Origin: a virus
Lineage: Duplodnaviria > Caudoviricetes
IMG/VR virus record: IMGVR_UViG_3300021376_000006
DNA length: 64,000 nucleotides
Reading direction: 5' to 3' (one strand)
Position 1 is the stretch's first letter. Each line of letters opens with the position of its first letter. This document shows, one piece after another, positions 9,034-19,116 of this stretch. The position numbers were made by a program, and so were the translations under genes. The notes beneath the pieces are model-generated. The model was not told the origin of the DNA. It was given only the letters and a program-made list of their open reading frames with translations, and did not search any database.

Positions 9034-10049
9034 AAATTTTTATAAATGTCAAGCAATAGTGTTTTATTGTACTGCTCGCTTTGGATATTAGTAAGTTGGT
9101 TAGTTACAATTGTATCTACACTTTCAAACATTATATTACCAGTAATATCGTAATTGATATCCTCACTGATTGCTTTTTGAGGAATAAGGGTAATTTCTCT
9201 GAGATTGTAAGTATTTACAAAAGTTTCTTTGATAAATGTAGCTTCTTCATAACTAATGTCAACATCAAGATTCACACGAACATGCATGCCTTTGTGTAGT
9301 AGCCGATCAGTGTTGGTCAATACATTGCTGAGTTGATACACACGATATCTAGGTTGGTCAGGCCAGGAATGATACTCTGGCTCTGCACCCCACTCTAAGA
9401 TCATCATACCGCGTTCGTCGTCGTGATTGTCTGCGTAATTGTGCGGAAAGCAGTTGCCAATGTAGGTGATGTTTCGTTGCGTCTGTCGTTTATGAAAATG
9501 TCCAGTAAATACTCGTTCAATACCAGTAAAGTCTTCTCGTCGGACATCTCCATGGTCCGGCATCTGCACCATTGCGTTCATGTAGAATGTAGGCAGTTCA
9601 AAATGCCCAAACATGTATTTTGCACTTAGCTTAGGTATACGTTTGTAATCATCCCCAACTAGCCAAGGGGCCACAATAACATCACCGTCGTGTAGCCAAT
9701 CATTACAAATGACAACATTCGGTAGATGTCGAGCCCACTCAACACTTTGGACATCCCTCTTGTCCCTATAATATAAGTCATGATTGCCAGGAATGAAGTA
9801 CACACGATCGAAGTTATCGTTGAGATGTTCCAGAGCACGGAGACTATAGTTAAGAGTGACAATATTGATACTAGCACGATTGTTATGCCAATCTCCAAGA
9901 AAAAACGCTGTTTCACATCCTTCCTCCCGTGCTTTAGCTGTAAACCATTTGATAAAATTCAAGCAATCGTCGTTGTGAGTTTGACTGTTGCTCTTTAAAC
10001 CAAAATGTATATCTGTACAGACTGCTGCTCGTTTAAATAAGTTAGACAT
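9030..10049 (-). CDS. gp47: Recombination endonuclease nuclease subunit (T4 gp47/SbcD/Mre11-like)
   Basis: Metallophosphoesterase motifs DIH, GDWH, GNHD, GHF, GHFH. Confidence 0.95.
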   Translation of the reverse strand: MSNLFKRAAVCTDIHFGLKSNSQTHNDDCLNFIKWFTAKAREEGCETAFFLGDWHNNRASINIVTLNYSLRALEHLNDNFDRVYFIPGNHDLYYRDKRDVQSVEWARHLPNVVICNDWLHDGDVIVAPWLVGDDYKRIPKLSAKYMFGHFELPTFYMNAMVQMPDHGDVRREDFTGIERVFTGHFHKRQTQRNITYIGNCFPHNYADNHDDERGMMILEWGAEPEYHSWPDQPRYRVYQLSNVLTNTDRLLHKGMHVRVNLDVDISYEEATFIKETFVNTYNLREITLIPQKAISEDINYDITGNIMFESVDTIVTNQLTNIQSEQYNKTLLLDIYKNL

Positions 10050-10929
10050 CTAGTAATTGTACACGATTTAACAAAGTGTTTGCAAGATTTTTATGACTCA
10101 AAGGACCAAAATGAAGATTGTCGGATCCCCGATCAACAGCAAAGTTAGTCGCACAATAAAACTCCGGATATTTTGAATACCTGTAATTAAATTCCATATC
10201 CCTACTATCAACACAAAGAACTATAAATTTAACTCCAATGCTTCTTAGATATTGAACACCAATATTAACATAGCTTAGTTGTAAAAAGAAACATTGCTCA
10301 TTTGTATATGTTTCAATTAATGTTCGATTGTTACAATTAGCGAGAACAATTTCTTGAACATGCTTGCCGTTAAAAAAACTTAACCTATACGGAGAAGTAA
10401 TTTGCCATACAACAATATCATCTTTTTTTAAATTAGAATTAATTAATTGACGTAAACTCCAGTGAGTAGAACTACCTGGTTTTGTAATTAATTTTAACGG
10501 AAGATTTAAACCTTCAGCTAAATGGTTTCCATAAGGTTTGGAATTATGGTTTAACCCGGTACCGTGGCTGTGACTACAGCCATACACCCACAGGGTACTT
10601 TTGCTATAACTTGAATTGATATCAGAATGTTCAGCAAAGGACAACACCTCGTCTCCAAGAAAATTGTTAACGTGCATAGTGTTTACATAAGACAAAAAAT
10701 TTAAAGTGTCTATAGTTATTTCTTCGTCTTTGATAAAATTATTGTCTATGTATTCTATACTATCAAAATAATGAACTATAGATAACAATTCATGGATTGT
10801 TAGATCCGCCAGCGTCGTATGATATTCTGTTGAGGTTAGTTTAGTATTAATATTATCAAGCAATATAGAGTTTTTGTTGACTGAATTAAAATTAAAAGTT
10901 GGGTGAGTGATGTAAAGTTTAGTCATCAT
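10042..10929 (-). CDS. SGNH-hydrolase-like protein inserted between gp55 and gp47
   Basis: VYGCSHSHG and DNLHFGPLSH. Start moved from 11001 to the ATG ATG at 10929/10926, which overlaps the gp55 stop. AT-rich; paralogue of 457-1476. Confidence 0.6.
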   Translation of the reverse strand: MMTKLYITHPTFNFNSVNKNSILLDNINTKLTSTEYHTTLADLTIHELLSIVHYFDSIEYIDNNFIKDEEITIDTLNFLSYVNTMHVNNFLGDEVLSFAEHSDINSSYSKSTLWVYGCSHSHGTGLNHNSKPYGNHLAEGLNLPLKLITKPGSSTHWSLRQLINSNLKKDDIVVWQITSPYRLSFFNGKHVQEIVLANCNNRTLIETYTNEQCFFLQLSYVNIGVQYLRSIGVKFIVLCVDSRDMEFNYRYSKYPEFYCATNFAVDRGSDNLHFGPLSHKNLANTLLNRVQLLDV

Positions 10930-11803
10930 TGTAATCGCCAGATGTTTGCCCGCCACCCCATGATCCCATACCCTGTCTGGTATAACTTGGAGTAAGTCCA
11001 TTCATTTCAAGAATATCATCTCGTAAATTTTGATTGCGTTTTTCAATGTTGAGGACTCTAGTAAAACTATTAGTGATAGCGGCAGTATAATAGGCAAAAG
11101 GATTTTGTGACTTGCTCTCATCAAATTGTAGTCCTATCTGTGATAATTGTAGTAGTGCTTGCGAACGCATTTCATCATTGTATGTATAACCGCGCCAGTT
11201 TGAACGGGTAGCGTAACGCTCGCATAATTTCATAAACATGTGTGCTAACTTTGGAGTCATTGTTCCGTGATCTTTAGAAAAATGTCCTCGCTCTAGATTG
11301 CCCTTCCAATGGCTTTTGCCTACGCAATAAGGTACACCCGATTCATCAATTTTGTAGTGTTGAAACGGTGGAAAATTTACTTTGGTATATTTGGTTGCAC
11401 TGGGTACGTCCAAACTGTCATCATATTCGGTTACAGGATCTTCGTCATCTACTACAATTGCAATTTTTGATTTTTTGGATTTAGTGGTGTCAATGGGCAC
11501 ATGTTCCCAAGTCATAACACGGAACACTATGTCAGTAGTAACAACTTTGTTGGGTTTTACGGCAAAGTCGTCTAGTTTTAATTTAGTAGCACTTGCGGCT
11601 TGAGCAGCATCGTAAGCAGCTCGTCCTAGTCGCTCAGCCCTTAGTTTTCGACCTTCTGCGATGTTTTTTTTGTTTATTTTGTCAACACTAGGCAAAATTA
11701 TGTCGTAATGCCCATCTTCTGGTGTTAAAAAGCTACAATAAGTCATTTTGCTTTTGTGAATTTCTTTGAGAATATCTCTATTATTCAGATAGTTGTGTTT
11801 CAT
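10919..11803 (-). CDS. gp55: T4 gp55-like sigma factor for late transcription, with a large insertion
   Basis: HNYLNNRDIL matches gp55 NYVNNKELL. Core NWRGYTYNDEM...FDESKSQNPFAYYT...NSF matches NFSGYT...FDETKYKNPHAYIT...NAF. AGGA RBS; sits next to gp47/gp46 as in T4-like phages. Confidence 0.85.
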   Translation of the reverse strand: MKHNYLNNRDILKEIHKSKMTYCSFLTPEDGHYDIILPSVDKINKKNIAEGRKLRAERLGRAAYDAAQAASATKLKLDDFAVKPNKVVTTDIVFRVMTWEHVPIDTTKSKKSKIAIVVDDEDPVTEYDDSLDVPSATKYTKVNFPPFQHYKIDESGVPYCVGKSHWKGNLERGHFSKDHGTMTPKLAHMFMKLCERYATRSNWRGYTYNDEMRSQALLQLSQIGLQFDESKSQNPFAYYTAAITNSFTRVLNIEKRNQNLRDDILEMNGLTPSYTRQGMGSWGGGQTSGDYNDD

Positions 11804-11835
11804 TGGATTCCTTAAAATACGCAGTTAATTTAGCA

Positions 11836-11843
11836 AATAAATA
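11836..11843 (+). promoter_or_regulatory. T4-type late promoter candidate (AATAAATA)
   Basis: One mismatch to TATAAATA, 24 nt before ATG 11867; GAGGA RBS at 11856-11860. Confidence 0.55.
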
Positions 11844-11866
11844 ATAAAAAAGCAAGAGGAATTTAT

Positions 11867-12865
11867 ATGGCAGTGGTAAACCAAATACAGTATAAAAAGA
11901 ATGTGGCATATAACCAAGGTGCTAAAGAACAAAACATGACCGTAGAAACTCGAAAACAAATAAATGGCGGTATTTTCAAAAGTTTTCCTGTTCCTGAAAA
12001 AGGCCAAATTACTACCAGTGCCGATCCCAAAGATGCCAGAATGACCACGGCTGGATTTGTCAAATGGGGTGAATCCGAACCAGCCAGCACCAAATTTGGA
12101 AATAGTGACGAAGCCGGTAATGATTGGCGTGTGCGAATCAGCATCCATCCCAACAGTAAAATTTTATATTATGATCCAGCTGCTTTACCTCCTGTGGCCG
12201 GGCTAGTGGCTCCATTAAAATTTACTGATGGTTTCATCTTTCCGTATGTGCCAACAGTAACAGTGTCCCATACTGCAAATTATTCTCAAGTGCCGCTGAC
12301 TCATTCTAATTATACTCAATACTTTTACGAATCAAGTGCTGTTACTGCTATTAGCATCAATGCTGATTTTACAGTTCAAAACATAGAAGAGGCCAAATAT
12401 TTTTTAGCTGGTTTATACTTCTTCCGAGCATTGACCAAAATGTTCTACGGCTCCAGTGGAAATTATCAAGGGAGTCCACCCCCAATAGTGTATCTTGACG
12501 GATACGGACAGCATTATTTACCGCATGTGCCATGTGTAGTAACCAGTTTTAGTCATACTATGCCATCAGACGTGGATTATATAGAAGTCACTACTCCGCA
12601 ATCAGTAAATTCTAAAACAGATTCAAGAAGAACGCCCGGCGGTCCTATGGGATCCATTATATTACCTCAAGTGGCACGCACCAATGCAGGCAGCGAAATC
12701 CAAACACAAGAGATATTATCAGCATTCAATCGTGTGCCAACAGCCAGCACTTTTAGTCTTACATTGCAACCTATTATCAGTAGAACCAAAGCAATGAATT
12801 TTGATTATTCTGAGTTTGCACGTGGTGTCATGATTGGTACTAAAGGTAATGGAGGATATCTATAA
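11867..12865 (+). CDS. Baseplate tail-tube initiator/cap-like protein (gp48/gp54-like)
   Basis: FPYVPTVTVSH...PPPIVYLDGYG...VPCVVTSFSH tube-fold-like motifs; first gene of the baseplate operon, directly before gp53. Confidence 0.55.
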   Translation: MAVVNQIQYKKNVAYNQGAKEQNMTVETRKQINGGIFKSFPVPEKGQITTSADPKDARMTTAGFVKWGESEPASTKFGNSDEAGNDWRVRISIHPNSKILYYDPAALPPVAGLVAPLKFTDGFIFPYVPTVTVSHTANYSQVPLTHSNYTQYFYESSAVTAISINADFTVQNIEEAKYFLAGLYFFRALTKMFYGSSGNYQGSPPPIVYLDGYGQHYLPHVPCVVTSFSHTMPSDVDYIEVTTPQSVNSKTDSRRTPGGPMGSIILPQVARTNAGSEIQTQEILSAFNRVPTASTFSLTLQPIISRTKAMNFDYSEFARGVMIGTKGNGGYL

Positions 12866-13170
12866 TGTCCAAAGTAGCCTACTCGGCATCTAGCCCGTAT
12901 TTTAGAACTGGTTCTTTTGGAATTTTTTTAGACGTAATGACCAACAGGCCAGTCAGCAAATTGACAGATGATGTATTATACGAAATAGACAGTGTATACG
13001 AATATAGACCCGACTTGTTAGCATCAGACCTTTACGGTGATTGTGGTTTATGGTGGGTATTTGCACAACGTAATCCCAATGTTCTAATAGATCCACTCAT
13101 GGACTTTGTGGCCGGCGCTAGAATTTATATTCCCAAAATACAAACTCTCAAACAAGATCTTGGAGTGTAA
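12865..13170 (+). CDS. gp53: Baseplate wedge subunit (T4 gp53-like, LysM-related)
   Basis: YEYRPDLLASDLYGDCGLWWVFAQRN motif; TAATG coupling. Confidence 0.8.
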   Translation: MSKVAYSASSPYFRTGSFGIFLDVMTNRPVSKLTDDVLYEIDSVYEYRPDLLASDLYGDCGLWWVFAQRNPNVLIDPLMDFVAGARIYIPKIQTLKQDLGV

Positions 13171-13173
13171 TCA

Positions 13174-16100
13174 GTGGCAAAAAAAACTCCTCAAGAATTA
13201 AGAGCCGAACTAGATGCTCTTGATAAAAAAGTACGCGAACAAGAGTCAATCGCACTTAAAGCAGCAAGACAGTTTGGTAGTGCAGCTACCAAACGACTAG
13301 AAGCAGCCCAGGCGGAAGCCAATCGGTTACGTGCTCTAGCCACAGAAAAATTTAAAGAATATGCGGCTGCGAATAAAGACAATCGTTTGACCTTTTTAAA
13401 GGCCGAACGAGAAAGATTGTTAGCCGAAGAGGAAGCATTAACAAAAGAATACAGCCTTGGACCCAACAACACGTTTTTAACCGGCGCCAAGTTGGAAGCC
13501 TGGGAAGCCCGAGTTAGACAGAACAACAAAGATCTAAGCCAAAATTTCAAAGATATACAGGCTGAGTCAGGAGAAAATGCAGCAAAAGGACAAACTGCAC
13601 AGGCACCGTTCAATGCTAATTTTGCTCCTGACAATCCTGGCACCGGTAAAGCTGATACTACACAAAATGTCAATCAAGAACTTAATGCCGATGAAAAAAA
13701 CAATCTTTTAAAAGGAGCAGCAGCTCAACGTGCTTTGGATCAAGCACAAGATCCAACCGCGGCCAACAAACAAAATCTCAGTAAGACGCAAGGATCTGCC
13801 GTCAAATCAGAATCAAATTTTACCGAAGCCGGTTCAACAAATTCAGACAATTCGGTTGTTGGCAATGATGTTACAGGTAAAAAAAGTGATTATGAAAATA
13901 ATTTTAGTCTAAATACGAGAGGTGCTCGTGTTTTTACAAATAGATTACACGCTTACGAAAGCTATACGTATAGAATCTCTTTATTTTTGTTAACTAGGCA
14001 GGATTACAATGTATTATCTACTAACCCAAAAAATTTTACGCCTACTTTTAGTTTAATCAGCAGCGGCGCCGGATTCGGAGCTCCTGGAGTCATTACTACC
14101 ACCTACGAACGCAAATCCAGTCCATGGGGCGGGTATGAAGATGTGCCCACTACACAAACCAAAGCTGGCAGACACCCCGATTTTCAAACTGACTTTTTTA
14201 TTGACAATCTACAGCTTTTAACAGTTGTAGGTCTAAATGCACAGACTAAATCATCAAACGCAATTGAAATATCTTTCAATATCGTTGAACCTTATGGACT
14301 GAGCTTGCTAGATAGATTGCTCAGTGCCTGCGAAACTAGCGGAGATAGAAACGCAAACTACATAGCTCAACCTTATCTATTACAAATTGACTTTTTAGCC
14401 AGCCCCACAGATGAGATGTTGTTTTCTGAGAACAAAATCAACAACGTGATTGACACCAAGAGAATCGCAATAAAAATACAAGAAATGAAAATTAAACCTT
14501 CAGGCAGTGGCACTACATATGCTGTGAAGGCCATTCCTTTTAATCACACAGCATTCAGTGTTACCGCTGCAGCACTACCTGTACCAATCAAAGTAGAGGC
14601 AGGCACAGTGGGTGAATTCTTCAGTAACAGCGAGGATTTTCAAAAAATATTCGCAAAAGAATTCAAGGTACAGGAAGAAAGACTAGAAAGCGAATTAAAA
14701 GCATGGATAGATATAGAATTTATTAGCGTAGGCGGACAACCACCGCGACCTGAGCAATTAGAAGCCAAACGTGCCGCATTAAAAAATGCAGACAGTTACA
14801 ATTCAAAAAGTTATACTGCTGGGTACAACGAGTACATGACCACCATTGCTAAAGATCAGCAATTGACCAAATTACCTCCAACTAAAATTGCATTTGCTAT
14901 TGATAGTGAGTTTGTAAATTCTCTAATAGTTTCTGATAGTACTTCACAAAACACTGATGGTCGTATGATTGATCCTCGAACTACTGTAGGACAGACTGAC
15001 CCGGGTTATAAAACTGTAGAAAGTTTTAATATCCGCGAAGGCACAAATGTTATTGAGGTAATTGATCAGGTGATGGCTAAAAGTCAATATATCAAGAGTC
15101 AAATTAAAACATTGCTCAAAGAACAGGCCGATCAACAGGCCAAGGAAGATTATAACAAAGGCAATGCCCGTACCAAAGATACTTCAGTGCCACAAAAAAT
15201 AAATTGGTACAGAGTGGTACCCACTATTGCCTTGAATGATTTTGATGCTGCAAGAAATGATTACAGCAAGACTATTCTCTACAACGTTTTGCCATACAAG
15301 GCCGTAAATTCCTATCATCCCAATTTTCCAAAAACAACAGCAGAAAGTGTGGCTGCAAAAGTGGTTAGGGAATATTTTTATGTGTACACTGGACTTAATC
15401 AGGACATAATCCGGCTAGATATAGATTTTGATAGTACTTACTTCACTCAACTAACCACATATAGAAATCAAGTGGCTAGATTAGGAACCAACGCACTAAG
15501 CGACCCAAAAGACTATCCTGACACTCAATTTGGTTTTCGAGCCAATTCGCAACAGACTATTTTACCAGGTACTATACATTTTGTTGGTTCGAATAAAGAC
15601 AGTAACGGCATGAACACTGCCACAAACCCAGAAGAAAGAATAGTAGCCGACTTGAGAAAAAGCATATACACAAGTCAACGCGGCGATCTGCTGAACATAA
15701 AAATGCAAATTACTGGCGACCCTGCTTTTATAAAACAAGACGATATCTATTACAATCCTGGTACTCCGGCTGAGTATTTGGAATTTTCTCGCAGTCGCAC
15801 AGATCGTGCCGAAGTCCCAATAAATTCTTCTGGACAAATATTGTTTGATAACGAACAGATATTTGTAAAAGTGTATTTTCAAAATGCTGTTGACATCAAC
15901 GATGATATAGGCATTGTTAACAAACAAGAGGTGCTTCAAAATGGCCGTAGAACAGATGGAACGTTTACTGGGGTGTATAAAGTACAAAAAGTTACTAGCG
16001 AATTCAGTCGCGGTCAATTTACTCAAACATTGGACTTAATCAGGATGCCCGACATATTGCCCGAAACACCAGTTCCGGCCGGGCAAACAACACAAACAGG

Positions 16101-16512
16101 AACAACAGAAACTACAGCAAGTGCAAAGGCAAGTGAAGAGGCTGATAATAGCAAACGATCAGTTATATCTAGTAATCCAACAGGTGTAGCACCAAAACCG
16201 CAACCTCGCCTTGTAGAGGCTGCCAGACAACCAGCTGTAAGTGATCCTGCTATAAACAACGGCAATGGTAATACGCAACAAAATTCCAATACCTATCAAT
16301 CTGCTCCACAAAACGCCAATAATGCTCAAAACATAGCGCCTCAAAACTCAGCAGCGCGGACATTCAGTGATGCTTTTAGACAGGCCAGAAAAGACTTTGG
16401 TAACAAGCCCGGCGGCTATTTTGAATGGCGAGGGAAATTGTATCAAACCAATTATCAAAACGAACCGTTTGTGGCCAACCCAAAACCAGTCTACCCAGGA
16501 GCAAACGAATAA
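13174..16512 (+). CDS. Baseplate hub protein (gp27/GpD-like) with long N- and C-terminal extensions
   Basis: Lies between gp53 and gp5; hub-like KMQITGDP...GVYKVQKVTSEFSRGQFTQTLDL; GTG start. Confidence 0.6.
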   Translation: MAKKTPQELRAELDALDKKVREQESIALKAARQFGSAATKRLEAAQAEANRLRALATEKFKEYAAANKDNRLTFLKAERERLLAEEEALTKEYSLGPNNTFLTGAKLEAWEARVRQNNKDLSQNFKDIQAESGENAAKGQTAQAPFNANFAPDNPGTGKADTTQNVNQELNADEKNNLLKGAAAQRALDQAQDPTAANKQNLSKTQGSAVKSESNFTEAGSTNSDNSVVGNDVTGKKSDYENNFSLNTRGARVFTNRLHAYESYTYRISLFLLTRQDYNVLSTNPKNFTPTFSLISSGAGFGAPGVITTTYERKSSPWGGYEDVPTTQTKAGRHPDFQTDFFIDNLQLLTVVGLNAQTKSSNAIEISFNIVEPYGLSLLDRLLSACETSGDRNANYIAQPYLLQIDFLASPTDEMLFSENKINNVIDTKRIAIKIQEMKIKPSGSGTTYAVKAIPFNHTAFSVTAAALPVPIKVEAGTVGEFFSNSEDFQKIFAKEFKVQEERLESELKAWIDIEFISVGGQPPRPEQLEAKRAALKNADSYNSKSYTAGYNEYMTTIAKDQQLTKLPPTKIAFAIDSEFVNSLIVSDSTSQNTDGRMIDPRTTVGQTDPGYKTVESFNIREGTNVIEVIDQVMAKSQYIKSQIKTLLKEQADQQAKEDYNKGNARTKDTSVPQKINWYRVVPTIALNDFDAARNDYSKTILYNVLPYKAVNSYHPNFPKTTAESVAAKVVREYFYVYTGLNQDIIRLDIDFDSTYFTQLTTYRNQVARLGTNALSDPKDYPDTQFGFRANSQQTILPGTIHFVGSNKDSNGMNTATNPEERIVADLRKSIYTSQRGDLLNIKMQITGDPAFIKQDDIYYNPGTPAEYLEFSRSRTDRAEVPINSSGQILFDNEQIFVKVYFQNAVDINDDIGIVNKQEVLQNGRRTDGTFTGVYKVQKVTSEFSRGQFTQTLDLIRMPDILPETPVPAGQTTQTGTTETTASAKASEEADNSKRSVISSNPTGVAPKPQPRLVEAARQPAVSDPAINNGNGNTQQNSNTYQSAPQNANNAQNIAPQNSAARTFSDAFRQARKDFGNKPGGYFEWRGKLYQTNYQNEPFVANPKPVYPGANE

Positions 16513-17999
16513 TGGCAAACAATGTACAAAAATTAAATCGAGTTCCAGACTGGGCCGGATACACTTACAAAACTGGCGTCAATCTCAATTCTGGACCTTA
16601 CATTGGTATCATAAAAAACAATGCCGATCCAGCTAGACAAGGACGTTTGGCTGTGTTTATCCCAGACATAGGCGGTAAAGAAGATGATCCAAGTGGTTGG
16701 TTTGTGGTTAGATATGCTAGCCCTTTCTTCGGCAGTACTTTGGGATTGCCTGGATCACCAGATAATGACACCTTCGCGGTATCACAACAAACTTATGGAT
16801 TCTGGGCGGTACCCCCTGACCTAAACAATCAGGTGCTGGTAACATTTGTTATGGGCGACGCATCTAGAGGCTTTTGGTTCGGATGCATACCTAATACACA
16901 GTCCACACACATGTTGCCTGGCCTGGCTAGACCCAACGGAAATGCTTACGTAGGCAATACCAAAATACGCCCTGATGCCATATTTGGTGCAGGCAGAATT
17001 TCTAGTGACAGCTATTTGCCTGTGTCAGAATTGGTCTATGAACGTAAAGTTTTTGACAAAGTACCAAGATTTTTTGATTTGCCAACTGTGGTACATACTT
17101 GGCAGGCCAACATTGTAATAGAACAAGGACTGGATAAAGATCCAGTAAGAGGCACAATAACCAGCAGCAGCCTAAGAGAGACACCCAGTCAAGTGGTAGG
17201 ATTAAGCAGCCCTGGGCGAAGTTCTCCTGATACTGTGGATTTTCCTAACCTACAAGACCTACTGGACAATCAGTTGTTCCCTGTTTCTTTAGCTCAGCAG
17301 TTTCCTAACAGAAAAGGTGGGCATTCCTTGGTCATGGACGACGGGGATCTTTACGGACAAAGTAGACTGTTGCGATTGCGTAGCAGTGCTGGCCATCAGA
17401 TTCTAATGCACGATACCGAAGATCTGATGTACATTAGTAACAGTAAAGGCACTGCCTGGATAGAATTAACGCCAGATGGCAGTGTGAATGTGTTTAGTGC
17501 TAGCAATGTTAGTATCAGATCTCAACAGGACATAAATTTTCATGCCGACAACAACATCAACTTACACAGCGGAAACACAATAAAAATGTTCGCTGAAAAA
17601 TATTTTTTAAATCAAACACAAAGTTATCAACTTACAGCCGCAAAAAATATCTCTTTAAATGCTGGTAATGTTGGTATTAAAAGCGGTACGAGCCTTTTGA
17701 TGCAATCAGTCACCGGCGGTTGGCAGACTGCGGCAGACCTTGTACTGAAAGGAAGAAAAATTTTTCTCAATACTGGAACACCTGCTGAACCATTATCTAA
17801 CCAACCGTTGGAGTTTTACAAACAGGGCAACGTATTGTATGACAACGACACAAAATTGTGGATAAGATCTGATACCACATTTGAAAGCTTATCTCCGTTT
17901 GCTCCCACACACGAACCATGGACAAGGGCAACCGGGCAATATAAAAAGAACGACGGAAAAATTGTTCCATCCGTGCCACAAACGCCAGGAAAAATATAA
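16512..17999 (+). CDS. gp5: Baseplate central spike (gp5/VgrG-like), OB-fold plus beta-helix, no lysozyme domain
   Basis: GPYIGIIKNNADPARQGRLAVFIP, WAVPPDLNNQVLVTF, GHSLVMDD, SSAGHQILMHD, beta-helix repeats. Start moved to ATG 16512 (TAATG overlap). Confidence 0.85.
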   Translation: MANNVQKLNRVPDWAGYTYKTGVNLNSGPYIGIIKNNADPARQGRLAVFIPDIGGKEDDPSGWFVVRYASPFFGSTLGLPGSPDNDTFAVSQQTYGFWAVPPDLNNQVLVTFVMGDASRGFWFGCIPNTQSTHMLPGLARPNGNAYVGNTKIRPDAIFGAGRISSDSYLPVSELVYERKVFDKVPRFFDLPTVVHTWQANIVIEQGLDKDPVRGTITSSSLRETPSQVVGLSSPGRSSPDTVDFPNLQDLLDNQLFPVSLAQQFPNRKGGHSLVMDDGDLYGQSRLLRLRSSAGHQILMHDTEDLMYISNSKGTAWIELTPDGSVNVFSASNVSIRSQQDINFHADNNINLHSGNTIKMFAEKYFLNQTQSYQLTAAKNISLNAGNVGIKSGTSLLMQSVTGGWQTAADLVLKGRKIFLNTGTPAEPLSNQPLEFYKQGNVLYDNDTKLWIRSDTTFESLSPFAPTHEPWTRATGQYKKNDGKIVPSVPQTPGKI

Positions 18000-19108
18000 T
18001 GGCCAATCGAGGAATTAACAACGCAGCGAATAATATAGTAATCAGTCCTGCCGGGCGGCAGTCATTGACCAGAGTAGACGCTCCAAAAGGTGCTACCTTA
18101 AACAAAGTAAAAGACAATATAGCAACTCTCTCAAAATTTGAGACAAAATGTTTGTTAATACAACTTAGCAGTTTAGAAAGCAATATTAATGCAAATACAG
18201 TGAATATTGGTGTCCCAACAATAGGAACTTTCCGCGCTAATATCAATGCCAATACTGTGGTTTCGCACGCTAACACGTATTTTTCTAATGTTGCAGCAAT
18301 AACTATTACCAACAGTGATCATACTGATATACAGTTGGGTATGCTGGGAAATATACAATTACCAAGTGTTGGCAGATTTGGAAGTAATACCATGGTTATA
18401 AAAAAATCTGTTGGCGGAAATATAACTGCGGGTAATTTTGTCCCAGGATTTACATACACAGTCACAAGTATTGGAACCACAAACTTTACTTTATGCGGAT
18501 TAGAAGGAAATGTGGCGAACGTGGTAATAGGAAATGTGTTTGTTGCCAATTCGTTGGGCACAGGCACAGGCACTGCGTTTTTGACCAACAATCAAATACT
18601 ATTAGGCAGCGATCACACTGTAAGCGGCGACATTCAGTTCAACTTGGTTACTTTAAAACTGGGCAAATATCAAAATAGTGACTATCTTCTTACTCGTTAC
18701 GGATATAAAAACAGCGACGGAACCTGGGCAACAAAGGACGGAGTAGATTCGAACGATATTTTTTTACAAGCTACCGAAGTGCAGGATAACATATTGTACA
18801 ATTTTATCCAAGAACAATATCCAGAACTGATAAGACAAGGAGCTATAAGAGACAGTGATAGTAAAGAAACTGTTGCCGGCATGCTGGCCTTGGCCTATCA
18901 ATACCAGGATCTTGGCAATCCCCAGCTGAGGCAAAATATTTACAATAGTGACGGTACTATCAACATTGAAAATTATTCAATAGCTGCTAGAGCAAATGTT
19001 TGGCGAGAAACCGGGCAAACTGTAGACAGTCAAGGACGCCCGGGCCACATATATTTCAATGCCGGCAAATATGCAATTGGTACTTTGGGCGCAGACGTGC
19101 CAGAATAA
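17999..19108 (+). CDS. Baseplate-associated lysozyme-like protein with a large internal insertion
   Basis: LSSLES...(~155 aa insert)...LGKYQ...FL...QD...AGMLALAY resembles lysozyme-superfamily ES...GKYQ families; located between gp5 and gp25. Confidence 0.45.
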   Translation: MANRGINNAANNIVISPAGRQSLTRVDAPKGATLNKVKDNIATLSKFETKCLLIQLSSLESNINANTVNIGVPTIGTFRANINANTVVSHANTYFSNVAAITITNSDHTDIQLGMLGNIQLPSVGRFGSNTMVIKKSVGGNITAGNFVPGFTYTVTSIGTTNFTLCGLEGNVANVVIGNVFVANSLGTGTGTAFLTNNQILLGSDHTVSGDIQFNLVTLKLGKYQNSDYLLTRYGYKNSDGTWATKDGVDSNDIFLQATEVQDNILYNFIQEQYPELIRQGAIRDSDSKETVAGMLALAYQYQDLGNPQLRQNIYNSDGTINIENYSIAARANVWRETGQTVDSQGRPGHIYFNAGKYAIGTLGADVPE

Positions 19109-19111
19109 ATA
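19104..19111 (+). promoter_or_regulatory. T4-type late promoter candidate (AATAAATA)
   Basis: Overlaps the upstream stop, 6 nt before the gp25 ATG (19117); would give a near-leaderless transcript. Confidence 0.45.
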
Positions 19112-19116
19112 TACAT

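Noticed and set aside
6557-10049. Intein or intron in gp46/gp47
   Set aside because: Protein lengths and motif spacing are normal; the interruptions are separate SGNH genes between them, not within them.
16425-16511. ORF-track N-terminal extension of gp5
   Set aside because: Overlaps the hub gene; ATG 16512 forms a TAATG coupling and gives a normal gp5 start.
19000-19116. ORF-track N-terminal extension of gp25
   Set aside because: Overlaps the upstream gene by over 100 nt; ATG 19117 follows a late-promoter motif and starts the recognisable domain.
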